Shown here: positions 49,051-63,007 of the stretch, piece after piece
How the letters are laid out: each line of letters starts with the position of its first letter
Position numbering within the stretch: the first letter of the stretch is position 1
DNA from: Callorhinchus milii
Lineage: Eukaryota
NCBI RefSeq assembly: GCF_018977255.1
Contig: NW_024704742.1
Span: 103,356,001 to 103,420,000 of the forward strand
Direction of reading: 5' to 3'
Length of the DNA: 64,000 bases
Program-made: the position numbers and the translations under genes
The notes under the pieces: generated by a model
The model's input: only the letters and a program-made list of their open reading frames with translations
What the model was told of the DNA's origin: nothing
Databases searched by the model: none

Positions 49051-50984
49051 CATATCCTCATGTGAATGCATCTAGCTTCCTCTTGAATGCATTCATACTA
49101 ATAATGAAACCAATGACATCACCGGGAGGGCAATATAAAGTTGAGGGGAAAAATTTTAAGTTCCGCTTGTAAAACTTTCAAAATGAATGAGGAACTTCTG
49201 ATAATTTTGACTACTGCTGTCTTATTTCTGGTGCACCAGCTTGCGTCAGCACCATACCAAATAAAATCCAGATTCAATCAGAGTTTCAAATGTTTCTGAG
49301 GCTGTTCTTCTTTGAAGGCTCCTGGACCCGCATAAGCAAGAGCTGTTCCTATGTCTGTGTGGCCAGATACCAGCCCTTTACAATCTGAAATGGATTCTAT
49401 TAAGAGAACTTTGTTTCCAATGTAAACTCAGTGATAAGTGAGATTCTTATTAAATCAATTAAATGTCTTGCAGCTAAGAGTCTCATAACATTGCCCTTTT
49501 GAACAATTTCCTTACAATCTAAATTATTTGGTGAAATTTTGTATTTATTAATATTTCAGCTTGGGGGTGGTCATCTTTTAATTTTATAATTTTTCGCCCG
49601 CAAGATACACAGTCACTCAACATAATAAGGCACAGTATCAAATGCAAGGATTATTATTATTATGAAATGGAATTATGCGGTATGAGGGAAATTTCAATAA
49701 TAATAATCATCATTATATATTCAAATGTTTGCTAGAACTAAATAATATTGAAGAATTACTACTTCAAGGAAACAATTCAAAGAACGCTTCAAGAATTGAA
49801 GATTATCCTGTTTGTTGCTTTCTGAATCTTGCATTTATTTACAGCCACACCTATCTGAGAATATGATTTATTTCAACCTAATTTTTAAGTCAACTTCATT
49901 TGTAAAATGAAAGTAAAAATTCGACAAATGGTAACGTTTTGGAATGTGAATAGTAATTAGAGGAAGCTGTTTTAATTCATAAACAGATACTTGAGATGTG
50001 GTACTTTATAGGTAAAGTTATTCTTTTAAAAAACATTTAACATTTATAATGTTTTTGGCCATTCATATTGGATGTTTGATAGGAAAGTTTAATTTAGCAC
50101 AAGAATAAAATGCAGACTGTTAAACAGCTCTTGCACTGAAATTTTGGGTGGATACTCAAAAGTATTGGTATATTCTATAGATCAAAACATCACAGGCTGG
50201 ATCATTTCTTTATATTGTCACTATTTTGTGCTGTTCCGTTTTAAGATGATCTACAATATCATGACTTCTGATCCCAACTTCATGCCATTTCCTTATCAGC
50301 AATTTCACTCTTCAGAGTGGATGGGGTTGACGTTTCCAATGCAAACTCCTAAAAGAGCATTCATAACTAACAACCCATATGTAGTGAGATGCCATCTGTG
50401 AATGCTAATTCTAAAGCACATCTTAAAATTGCCAGTACGTTTTGTCAGCACGGTTTGTCAGCATGTTCATTTTGTTCTCAGGATGCCTGGCAAAGTAATT
50501 TTTAAGTGGAAAAGCTGAACGCTGCCATCCAGTAACTATAGTGATTGAACACTTGTGGCCCTGAACAGGAGTTGATGGATCCTTTTATTTCACTTACATC
50601 AACACCAAATTTATGCATTTGAGATAACAACCAACCATGATCTACCAGCACTTTGAAGGGGAGAAAACAACAGCTGCTTGCTAACTCTTGCTATCAGTGA
50701 GCATTAATTGTAACCATGCCAATTCATTCACATTCTAGGACATCAACAGTGGAAATAAATTCCTCTCAGGCATGAGTAGTCACCCATTGGAAAACAGATT
50801 CAAAAAACTTATTCAACCATGGAATTCTAAGCAAATTCAGACCCCAATAACCAAATCTCCAAATACACTCCACCAATACACCCTCTACAACAACCAAATG
50901 GCAATGATAATATATTGAGGGCAATAATGGCAACTGTCAACAAAACAAGTATTTTTACATATGACTCAAGACTGTGACACAACA

Positions 50985-51290
50985 AAAAAGACAACTTGCA
51001 TTTGTATAGCGCTCCTCACGCAGGGCAGTGACCCAGAGTGCTTGACAATGGTGGAACATGATGCTGAGCCAGTGGGAGGTGACTGTAGGCACGGTCAAAG
51101 AAGAAGGTCTTCAGGAGCGGCCTGAAGATCAGCAAGGAAGGGGCAAGGCGGAGGGATTGAGGGAGAGTGTTCCAGAGTTTCAGGGCTGAAAATCAGGCCA
51201 CTAATGATGGAATAGAGAGCATCAGGGACAAGCAGGAGGCCGGAGCCATTTGAGTGGAGGCAACGAGTAGTGGGTTGGTGAAGTAAGCAG
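50985..51290 (-). mobile_element. L2 3' fragment
   Basis: acaacttgcatttgtatagcgc tail; [12 protein letters not shown] remnant. Confidence 0.8.
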
Positions 51291-53542
51291 GACACTCCCT
51301 ACCTAATATATCCCACTCACAATATGTTTTTGTTTCATTTATATGCATGCCACAGAAAGGTGAAACATTGTACTGTTATCAGTAGAATATTATGCATGGA
51401 GGTGTTGAACACTTTGGTTATATTCTAGATGTGAAAGAGATCTGACCAGCTTATTTAGTTATAAACTTCCAATCACTTGTGGAATGAATAGTGTGTTCAA
51501 CACCTTTATGTGCAGTATCCTCTGTGGGTTTATTGCATGAAATTAGCTTGCAAAAAACAGACTGACTCTCAAGATAATCTCCCGGTTTCTTTGAAGATCC
51601 TCTTAAACTGCATTATTGATCACTGTCTGCTTTTGCCCAAGGAACAAATTGCTACAAGTGCTTGATCTCCATCTGTTACATCTGTAACTGTGGCAATAGA
51701 TGGGCTGCCAACCAAGAGTGATGTGAGTGTGTTAGAAATTGCTCTTCCAAATATAGTCATCTGGATTACTTGTCCCTGAAGTGATTATTCAAGCAAGTAA
51801 GAACCATTGTTTTGAAATGACTTTTATACTGAAACTGATTGTTTTTAGAATCCTCAATATTAATGAAGATCTTTTTAAAGCAATTCTCCATGCTACTTGA
51901 AGGAGAAAGAAACTTGGAAAACAAATAAATGTATTTGTTTGGGGCTAACCATATTTAAGAGTATCCAAACCAGATTAGGAGTTCCAGATATGCACACCGC
52001 CTATGCATGGAAATTTCCCATTTGTCTGCAATGAAGTCTGCAACTCTTTCACCAGAGGGATGCACACTGTGTACCTAATTCTGGAAAGTATTTGGTGCAG
52101 GATGGCAGGAACCAGGGCTTGAGGACCTTAGAATATGCAAGAGGGTCCAGCTAGAGTTTAACCAGCTAAAACCGCTTAGCTTACCATCATAAGCTTTGTC
52201 TGATAAGTTATTCGCAATACTCGTCCAGCTAGGACCACCCTACTCAATAAAAGCTTTGGTTTGCAGGATTAACAGGAGCTTAATGGGAAAATCCTACCTC
52301 AAGTCTGTCCCAACCAGTTCTGCTGATGAGTCAAACTGGTTGGTCTGTCATCATGTCTCGATAACCAGATGACCAAGACACTCCCACAAAGGACTGATTC
52401 GATTCCTGTGGCAAATGATGAACTTCCACATATGAAATTCAGATGTTGGAACTTTCCTTCCAACGTTTCGCAAGATTCACTATCATTATTTGGCAACAAG
52501 GGGACATCTCAAAAAGCATACTAACAGAATGCATATCCATTAACATCTTGACATTATCATGATATGTACATAGTATTGTCAAGACACAGGCATGGGTGCA
52601 AGATGTCAGTGTCCCTAATCATCTGGAACTCCTACTTTACAATATCAAGTCAGATCTTTAGAACATCTGATATCAGACTCCGATTTTCTGGATCTGGCAG
52701 CAGAATGAACACCCATTTAACACTGCTCATTGCCTCCAGAGACAGGCTGCCCGCCTGAGACAATCCAGTAATGTAAAAGGACAAATGTATAAAAGAGGGA
52801 CCTGAGGGATAAAAGAATCAATGTGAGAAAGAGATCAGAGAGAACCAGAGTGAAAGCAAATAGAGGGGTGAAAACTGTGATGTCTGTGAAATACCGCAAT
52901 TTCCAGTTGATAAGTAAAGAACACCTCTCACCTGCAATGCAAGTGGATTCCACCTCCGTCCTACTTGAGCTTGGGGTAGTTTGGCTAATCGAGCTGACTC
53001 ACCATCGGCCAGCTACACTCTGATGCTTTTCATCTAACACAATATCTTCATTGATCACACATTGCCTTCAAATGCAACAGAGTAACCAGTCTCTCAAAGC
53101 TCCGCAGACCTGTGTGTACTCACCCATTACCCATAACTATAATGGACATCAAAACCAAATAAAGTCATAGTGCGAAGCAGCACCAGAAAAAGTGTCACTA
53201 ATAACTCACTTAAGTCATCCCTAAAGAACACTACTTACCTCAGCGATTAACAACAGTTGCTGCTATTATGCTTGTGCCACTCATGAATGCACTATAAGCA
53301 TAATCCAAGAAACAAAAAGCCAATGGAGACACAACATGTTTTTTCCAAAGCTTTTAACTGCAATAAACAAACTCCCGGGAACCCTCTGAAACAAAGAATG
53401 TAAAATCAACTGCACAATTATCAAACCTTGAAATACTACAATGTTAAGTAATGAAATAAACAAAATCCACAAGAAACAACAGGTTATAAACGTAACCAAG
53501 CAGATTCTCTTCCTAATTCCCATTCTTTACCAAACGCCAGTG

Positions 53543-53765
53543 TCATAGAATCATAGTAATTTACTGTGCAGAAGGAGGCCATTCGACCCAATAATTCAGC
53601 ACAGGCTTCCAGAGCAAGCTGTTCATTCATACCTATATCCCCATAGGCCCTCTAGGCCTCTATTTTTCTTACACCTGTCTACTTGCCTCTTGAAACCTAC
53701 AAATGGACTCTGCCTCTACTACCTTACTTGGCAGAGCATTCTACATCCCAACAACTCTGTGAAAA
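53543..53765 (-). mobile_element. CR1 3' fragment
   Basis: catagaatcatag tail; cacagagttgttgggatgtagaatgctctgcc on the minus strand. Confidence 0.75.
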
Positions 53766-53975
53766 ATGAGACATCTCAGAAAACATCAGAACTTTGCAAG
53801 ACACACTACAACTAACATTAGCTCACACCTATTTACCCACCTAGATCAATAACATGCTCAATCTTTACCAAACGCCAGTGTCATAGAATCATAGCAATTT
53901 ACTGTGCAGAAGGAGGCCTATGGGATAGAAATTCCATGTGGGTTAAGATGTTTTTGATTTTCTTAGCATTTCATA

Positions 53976-54719
53976 CAACAACAACTTGCATTTATATAGC
54001 GCACTCTATGCCAGGTGGCATCCAGAGCGCTTAAAATGGCAAAGCCTGATGTTGAGCCAGAGGGAGGGGGAAGGTGACACACGGTGACCCATAGGCATGG
54101 TCAAAGAGGAAGGTCTTTAGGCGTAACCTGAAAATGGGGCAAGAGGTGGCAAGGCAAAGGGATTGAGGGAGGGAGTTCCATAGTTTCAGGGTGTAGTGGC
54201 TGAAGGTGGAGCGGAGCATTCGAGGGACAAGGAGGAGGCTGGAGCCAGTAGAATAGAGGCAGTGGGTAGTGCTGTTAGGAGAGAGGGGGTTGGAGAGATA
54301 GAGGGGTGCCAAGGCGTGGAAGGATTTAAACACTAAAGTGAGGATCTTGAAGTCGATCCACTCTGTGACAGGGAGCCAGTGGAGTTTGGCAAGGACTGGA
54401 GTAATCCGGGTGCAGAGTTTGGTGCAGGTGAGAATGTGGACGGCGGAGTTTTGGATGAGTTGAATTTTGTGAATAGTGGAAGAGGTGAGGAGGGCGTTTG
54501 AGTAGTCCAGCCTAGAGGTGACAAAGGCATGGACAAGAGTTTCGGCAGCTGGTGGGATGAGGTATTGTCGGACGCGAGCAATGTGGTGGAGGTGGAGGAA
54601 AGCGGTCCTGAGCCAGGGACCGGATATGGGGGAAGGAAGGATAACTGGGGATCAAACCTGAGGCCTATGTTGTGCATGGGTTCAGAGAGCTTTAAGGACA
54701 GATTGGGTAGGTTGAGGAG
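53976..54719 (-). mobile_element. 5'-truncated L2 with a 10-bp TSD, nested in a MITE
   Basis: FKSFHALAPLYLS..LWNSLPQSL..LKTFLFDHAY; flanked by GCATTTCATA at 53966-53975 and 54720-54729. Confidence 0.9.
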
Positions 54720-55426
54720 GCATTTCATAGCATCCACAATTTGACAATTCTTAAATGCCCATCTTAATTTTGAAGCTGATTTTCTGTATTTTCTTTTAAG
54801 TACAATGAAAACTTTTTAGAACAACACTAGTGTGGACAGCTGTTAAAAAGTATTCAGGAGAAGGTCATCCATTAGCTAACAGATTCAGTTCAATGCAATG
54901 TGGATCAGGAGGTGAATATCAGGCTTTGACTGCAAAACATAGTCAGATGCTCTGGATAAACACAGCAGAAATCACAATACCCTTTAAAACCTAAGTAATT
55001 AAAATGCTATGAACAGATACTTCATTAATAGTTGCTGGCAGTGAGGAGTTTCTATCGGTCTGTAACCCTTAATAAAAGGTATTAAACTATTTTGACAAAG
55101 TACAATCTGTATTTTCCATTAGTACATTCCAAGATTATCATTTGTTTTATATAACAGATTTTTTTGCTGGCAGTTATTTAGCTTCAAGGGAATAATAAAT
55201 AAAAACTATTCTGCAGAGGAGAACTGTTTAGCTGCAAGAGCTATTGAATAAAAGTAGTGCATTGCTGGGTTAAAGCTGTATCTAGGCTATCTTTTTAATA
55301 ATATTCGTCTTATTGTCATTTCATTCCTGCTGAATTTCACTTATCACAGATACGATCATGTTTCTGATCACGTTTCCATGGGTGTGCTCATACCATCAGA
55401 TTCACAACAGTAAGACCTCTTTCTGG

Positions 55427-55432
55427 CATGCA
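55427..55432 (-). promoter_or_regulatory. RBFOX-binding motif TGCATG downstream of the ARK microexon
   Basis: catgca on + strand, about 53 nt into the intron downstream of the microexon donor. Confidence 0.55.
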
Positions 55433-55484
55433 TACGGGTTTGAAAAATCTTTGGAATGTATGAGAAACAGCACATAAAACTTAC

Positions 55485-55493
55485 TTTCGAGCT
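55485..55493 (-). CDS. KCNN2: KCNN2 9-nt alternative microexon (ARK insert)
   Basis: Minus strand ...gaaactag|AGCTCGAAA|gtaagt. Inclusion gives CA|A GCT CGA AA|G TTA CGA = Q-A-R-K-L-R, matching the known SK2-ARK variant. Long U-rich tract upstream. Confidence 0.88.
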
Positions 55494-56336
55494 CTAGTTT
55501 CATTTTGTTGAAATAAAAAAAGACAAACAAAAAAGAAATTAAATATAAAATAAGGTACACCAGAAAACAAGGCACAAAGCAATATAAATTTCACAATTCG
55601 TATCATCACACTTATCTAAACAAAAAGGTATAAGCAAACACCTAACATATCTTTCATTTAACCCTTTGAGAAAATGAACCATTGTTTTGTTAAAACAAAT
55701 CTGTTTCCTTAAATCACTCTCCAAAAGTGATTATCTGAATTGCTGTCATGTTAGCTATTTTAGTGCACAATGAGCATGTGCCATAAATGTGCAAAACAAG
55801 AACAAGCTACAGCCAAATAAGCTGATTCCAAATATGTAAAAGATTACTATCTTTTTAGGTGATCTTGTTTGGAATAATGTTCTGTGTCTTCAAAGAGTTA
55901 AACAAGGGACCGACGTAAAACTCAACGAAAAATAATTAAAGGTCATGCATTAGTTTTCACAAAATTAGCAAAGAACATTTAAAAGTACAGTATCATACAG
56001 TATTAAATTGCACAAAAAGGAACCCAACTACTATTTTGTGTGTTTAGTTGCAAGTGATCAACCTGTGACAAACAATGAATGATTTAAGTCAACATTATTC
56101 AAAGTGTTTGTGGATTTTAAAATAAATTCAGCAGGTTTTATACTAAGGATGCAATGCTAAGGTATCAGTTAGACACAAGTCAAAATACTATCGAAAGTAG
56201 ATGCCAACAGTAGCATGAAAAGTACTTTTTTTTCACAAATAGGTGCACTTAAAACAGCAGACATAAAAGCAGTTACTTGGTGAGACAACATAGTTTCTAC
56301 AATACAAGAGCGTCAGAAGAACAGAATTAATACTCA

Positions 56337-56495
<159 letters not shown>

Positions 56496-58034
56496 TTATC
56501 TTTTGAGAATATAACACACGTTTAAAATACGTAAGAAGTTAAAACAGATAGATAAAAAATAAATCTAATGAGTCTTACACGGTACGGTCTAAATTTGGGA
56601 TAGTTTGGAAAGGGATTCTTTAATCGATTAGAGTTCCCATTGACCTGCAGAAACTCCACTCTGGATATTGTGCAAATTCACTGCTCTGTGCAGTGCCAGA
56701 ACACATGAATTCTGGGCTGTCACTGGAGGAGGTAAGAGGAGACTTGAAATACAGTGCTTAGCTTTCATTCTGTTACATATTGTTAGTATTACAAATTGTA
56801 CTGACACTCCCACTAATGGCTCACTGATAGATACTAAGGCTGAAGCCCACATCTTCCCTTATGGGGATGGGCAGTAATTACATTGCACTTCCATTCTCAG
56901 AGGTTATCAACAGTAATTGGGACCTCCATATTCTCCAGACTCCTGATGATTTGCCTGGCAGCTGCAGAGAAAGAATCCAAATGCTTGCAAGTTCTTGTGG
57001 ATTAAGCAGCCGAGGACCCACTAAATACCAGCCTGGTAGGAATTACGGATGTCCCCTTAGCTCTGGAATCCAAATTGGTTGGCTCTGGAATCCAAGATAG
57101 CCCACAGGATGTCTCTGGCTTGTAGCTGTCTCTATTCTGGTAGTCAATGTGTTAGATCATATCATGAATCCTCTTCTTTCCTTTTCTGCTCTCCACTGTA
57201 CCATTCTTTTCCAGGCTTAATGTGCAACACACATTTTCATTCCTTGAGTTTGGTGATCTTAATTTCTGACAATGTAGGGATGTCTTCAGTACACATTCTC
57301 TTTTATAAACAATTCAGGACCATACAGGCTGGTAGCAGACCAATGGCCCTTTCCCCTTTAGAACAAGCAAGGAGAAATGAATCATTTGATATTGTTTTCT
57401 TATTGAGTGAATGAAAAAAAATCCTTGCATTTCATGTAGCGCTGTTCACATCAGGAGGACATCTTGGTGGGAATAGTACACAAGATTAGTTCAGATGAAG
57501 AAGGCCTTTTGTCCCATCGATTTTATCCTTTCAGAATACCCACCCTATCATCTACATATCATAGCATGAAGCTACTGTTTAAATTAGTTTCGTGTCCTGG
57601 CCTCAACCATCCTTCCTCGTAACCTATTCTAGCGCTAATTACCCTTTGAGTAAAGAAATACTTCCTGGTTTCTGCCCTGAAACTGCCCTTTGCAACTCTG
57701 AACCTTCGTCCTCTTGTTCAACTACCTTGGTGCATCTGAAAGTATTGTTCTTGTCTTACTTTTGCATCCCATTTAAAATATTATACACCTCTATGTATAA
57801 ATAAGGAGTAATCTCAAGCAGGAGTCTAGTTAGCTTTGAGTGCTGGTATGGGAGCTCAGCAACAGTTACCAGAAAGGGACAACACTTGAGATGTTAATTA
57901 ATTGATGGTTCAAAACGTGCTAAATAAAATCTGGGCCTATTAATTTCAGTTTTGCTATTCTGAGACCTTAGTCTAGAAGATGCAAAGTTAAACACATTAC
58001 CAGCAAATTGCCTTCTAAGGGACACAAAGACTGG

Positions 58035-58263
58035 GAAATTCCACCTGGGTCCAGATTTACTCTAGTTCTGCAGCATTTCAAAGTTTGCAGAATTTGACAA
58101 ATTCTTAGATATAGTTTTAATTTTGAAAGCAGCTTTCTATAAATTCTTTTTAGAATTACTGAAAGCTGGCTTCAAATTTAAGACTGAATTCAACAATTTG
58201 CCAAGTTCTGGATGCTTTGAAATGCTAAATAAATAGAGTAAATAAAGACTTAAGTGGAATTTC
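58035..58263. mobile_element. Palindromic MITE, about 230 bp
   Basis: gaaattccac...gtggaatttc termini with internal arms tttactcta/tagagtaaa, agcatttcaaag/ctttgaaatgct and cagctttc/gaaagctg. Confidence 0.8.
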
Positions 58264-59066
58264 TCTCTCCCATTTTCTAAGCTATTGGAGAGATACTGCT
58301 GAGTTTATGAGGATGAGTTCACTCTAAGGAGTACCTAACCAAACACTTTCTTATCACTTACTGCTGCAGCCCCAGTGACACGAAAATGTACATCTTTCTT
58401 TGGTCAAAACATTTGGTACTATTCACAGAGACTGTGAATTGCCATTGCTACCTACTTTTCTTTGTGACCTTTTAGGATGCTTCGACTGAATCTGTTTGCT
58501 GGTGATGAGGAACAATGTATCATGTTTGGAATTGCTTGTGCATTTAATTTTACTACAATACAATTACAATCACAAAATAAAAGGTTAATTTGAACTCTGG
58601 ATGGAGGTAGCGTTCATCCCATGTGGTGTCAATCCCATTGTACTGAATCACCTTATATTTCCACAGTCATTCTCAAAGCTGGATCCAGATTCTTGGATGA
58701 ATTGTCTAAGACACAGTGTGTTGCCATCTCTCATTTGCCCTAGGCAATCTTACACTTCACACTGCATTTTAACAAGCAATTGAGAGCATGCAGAAAGTGA
58801 GAGAAATGTACGCTGTGTGCCACCGGGATTCTATGTATAATAATAGTCAAGCACTGAAACATTAGTGCAATATCAAAATAAATCACGATGTGCAACATTG
58901 CTGTAGAATAAATGCTTTGCAGCAGAGAAATGTGACTGGATAGTGATTTTTTCGCATCGTTCTGCTGTTTGATTTGAGTTCCTGAATTGAATATGGAGGA
59001 GATATTCTGTTCCTGAAAACAGTTTAGGAAGATAATTGTACAGTTTTCATTCTAATTTCACCTCTA

Positions 59067-59213
<147 letters not shown>

Positions 59214-59467
59214 CTATAATGTAACAAGCAACAAGGAAATAGTTCAAAATGTTATTCCATTTAAAATATTTAGACATTGGTTTTAGGAGGTGCACTGCGT
59301 TATGAATGTCCTTTCATTTTGGGTGTTCTTGCTTGAATTGAGGCCAGACTGATGAGAGGAAGTGTTGCTCCCTCTTCCTTCCACAGGAAAAAAATTGTTA
59401 ACAGTTTGGTAGACTCCTCAGAGAAGGACAGTCAGTGTCGGAAATGGGCCTCCCGCCCCATCCCTGC

Positions 59468-59512
59468 ACACGCACACACATACACGCTCTCTCACACACA
59501 CACTCACACACA
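59468..59512. repeat. Imperfect (CA)n microsatellite
   Basis: acacgcacacacatacacgctctctcacacacacactcacacaca. Confidence 0.8.
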
Positions 59513-60274
59513 AACTGTAAGGTGCTGGTTAAGGCAAATGGTTCACGAGAGAAGAGGGAACTTTGCCTCATCCAATTTACCTGACCTGGAAGATGCCCAA
59601 AATAGAAATCTCAGTAGAGAAATCCTTCACCTCAAGTGGTCTGAGATACTGGTCTGAGGTGGTCTCCACCAGTTACCACTTACCTGAATATGCATTGATT
59701 CAATGTGAAAAATACATTAAGCTAACACAACCAGCAATATAAATGGCCTGCAACTATGTCATATATCTAACACAGAGGACAATGAATTCATAAAAAATAC
59801 ATATTCTAAAGTATAGCACTGACTCGGAACGTATCTTTCACACTGAGGATCTGAATGACAAAAAACATAAATGAATAAAAGAAATGCCAAGAACTACCCA
59901 TATTGTTGGAGAAGTAAAGTGCTCTCACTATACAGTAATTGCCTTTGGCTTCGATGCACTTTTAGTGGTCTGGATGCTTTTTGCTGCACAATATAAAGTA
60001 TGCCCTGAAGCAAACAGAGTGAAGCATCACAATTCCTGATATGAAGTCAGAAGTATATCCCTCAAATACCCCTCAGAGTGCTTCACAGGATTTTCCTGTA
60101 AAGTGACTTTTTATTTGTAGGTGAACATAGCAGTCCATGAAATCAATGCCCAATTTTTTTTAATCTGGAGAATTCTTGCCCAAGACATGGGAGAAACTCC
60201 CATAGAATGTACCATTTTAGTAACACAATTTCACAATTTTTAGCAACACAACACAAAATTTTACACAATTTAAT

Positions 60275-60406
60275 ACAATTGGCTGCCGCGTTTTGCCCAC
60301 AAAATATACAGTCAATTCACTTTACAGTATATCCTATGAAGTGCTTTGAAACATCTCGAAGATGTGATAAGGCGCTATATCAAATGCAAGGATTATTATT
60401 ATTATT
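60275..60406 (+). mobile_element. 5'-truncated SINE 3' end
   Basis: caattggctgccgcg...gcgctatatcaaatgcaaggattattattattatt. Confidence 0.85.
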
Positions 60407-60998
60407 CCAGCAGAGATTATTGAAAATGTGTTAGAAACAGGAATCCTGTCTCATTATTTCCTCTCCCTTTCCCAAGAAATCTGAGGCAAAATGTAATACT
60501 TCTACTGCTAATCTGGTTACAGTCAGGTAAATCAGCACAGACCAGCGATGAAACCAGGAAGCTATTGAGGAATCTTGCCATTATATATCTAAATAGTAAA
60601 TAATAATCCTTACATTTGACATAGCACCTTTCATGTCAGAAGGACATTTAATAGTGCCTTACAGCATCTTATTGCAATGTGCCATGACTGTGTATATTGT
60701 AGTAGAATGCAGCAGCCAATTTGTATAGAACAACAGTACCTGAAAGCAAAGTGGCTTCTGTTCTTAGAAAAAATTGCAAGGAGTTCAGGATCAATTTATA
60801 AAGCATTTCTGAGTGTCGATTTTAACAATTCCAGATCTATATATTTCCAGGAATCTTGTGATAATTTGTATTGTTTTGACTTCCTGGTACAAAAAAGACC
60901 TTTATACATTTACATAAAAAATCTAGGAATTTGCACATAGCCCAGTTGTATTGATATGATGATGTCCTTCATATATAGGATACAATATATGATTATTA

Positions 60999-61172
<174 letters not shown>

Positions 61173-61853
61173 TTACAATATTATTACAGGAAGACAGGCT
61201 TGGATCCCACTGAATAGAAAGGGTACATTCCATGTAAAATCCTTTAAGGATTAATGATAATCTTTGCATTCGAGATAGTGCCTGTAACATTAAAAGATCT
61301 CAAAGTCTTTAGAGTAATTACTGTTAAGTATAGGACTGTTAAGAGTATTTCTCGGCACACCCAAAGCCAATTTACACGCAACACTGTCCCACAAATAGCC
61401 AGTAGGTGAACACTCATTATATCTAGACATTCTTGACCAGGAGAAACTCACCTCCCTTTTCAAATAAATGGGCACTTCCAGGTGGTTAGGTCACCATTGA
61501 CATTATATCCTGCATGCTGGACGCAGGATATGCAGGAAGTGTCGCTGTTGTCATTTCCTGCATGTATCACACATGCACAGCACACGTAAAGTGACATCAG
61601 TTTTGATCAGTCAACCTGTAAGTTGGCCATTTTTTCATGATTTGATCAAAGCATGCTATTTGGGATATTGGACTCAGGCAACCGCATTCATTCTTTCCTC
61701 TAAAGAAACCTATCAGAGTTAAAGATATAATTAAACATTGAGAAGGATACCAAAACAAATTATAGAAGCAATGGAGTTTATGAATGCTGATCATCAAGAT
61801 TAGAAAACCAATTGTTAGCCAGCAGAATTATAATAGGAAATTAACGTTACATA

Positions 61854-62293
61854 CAGCCTGGTTCAGTGGTAGTGCTCTTACCCTTGAGTCAGAAGGTTGG
61901 GGTTCAAGCCCCACATCGGGACTCGGAATCACATAGTCTAAGCTAACACTCCAATGCATTGCTAGGGTTGTATTGCATTGTTGGAGGTCCCGTCCTTCGG
62001 ATGAGATGTTAAACTGAGGTCCAGTCTGTCAGTTCAAGTGGATGTTAAAGATTGCATGGCACTATTCTAAAAGAAAAGGGAGTTTCTCCGGGTGTCCTGG
62101 GCAACAATCCCCAAATAAAATTGGTCACTTACTCCATGGCTGTTTGTGGGTCATTGCTGTATGCAACTGGCTGCCATGTTTCGCTCACAAAATACACAGT
62201 GAAACCACTTTATAGTGTATCCTGTGAAGTATTTTTGAGATGCCTGGATGATGTGATATGCTGCTATATCAAATGCAAGGATTATTATTATAA
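61854..62293 (+). mobile_element. Full-length Deu-domain tRNA SINE (SacSINE1/AmnSINE1-like)
   Basis: tRNA head, Deu core (ggaggtcccgtccttcggatgagatgttaaactgaggtcc...gtggatgttaaagattgcatggcactatt), L2-type tail ending (tta)n. Confidence 0.85.
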
Positions 62294-63007
62294 TAAACTC
62301 GAAACAATAATGGAGCTACTAAAGCCACTACTCACAGTAAAACTGAGCCTAAATAGGATGCTCCCAAGTTCAATGTTGGGTTAGATGATTTCTGCCTGGT
62401 CAATAACTATATTTGGTCTTAGTACACCTGTGCTAAAAAGGAAGATTTCTGATCACTATCTAGGCATCTGCTTGAAAGTGCTTAATAGCAGATAAAAAAT
62501 GTGGACAAGATCAGACTGAGCGGTAAATCTCTCCCTCAACTTCCCCATCATGGGATACACATCCTTCAAATGACCATCCATCGGTTATGTGATTATCGTC
62601 ATTGTGCATTTGATATGGTAAACGTTACCTACAATAGACTATCACTAACAGCATTTTGGATGCCCAGTGAGCAGAACCCATCTTCACACAACTTGCAGTT
62701 CCTAACATTAAGGGAACTGCTGAATAGCCAAGCCCCCACCCCCTCCCAAAGCCCCCCACCCTCCCATACTGTTACAAAAAAACACATATCATAACAATAT
62801 TAGAATTAATATACAGAACTTCAAATACTTAATAACATTTCTACAGTAAATAAGTATCTCGCACTGAAATTTGTGTAAGTGCAAAAGGGTTGAAAGACTA
62901 CATGGGCTTTATTCTCCGCTCTCCGAAAAATATAGTGACCCTCTTGCAATATTTTGCTTGGAACATAATACGAGCTGTTCTCCCCAGGTCAGATTTTTAC
63001 TCTCTTA

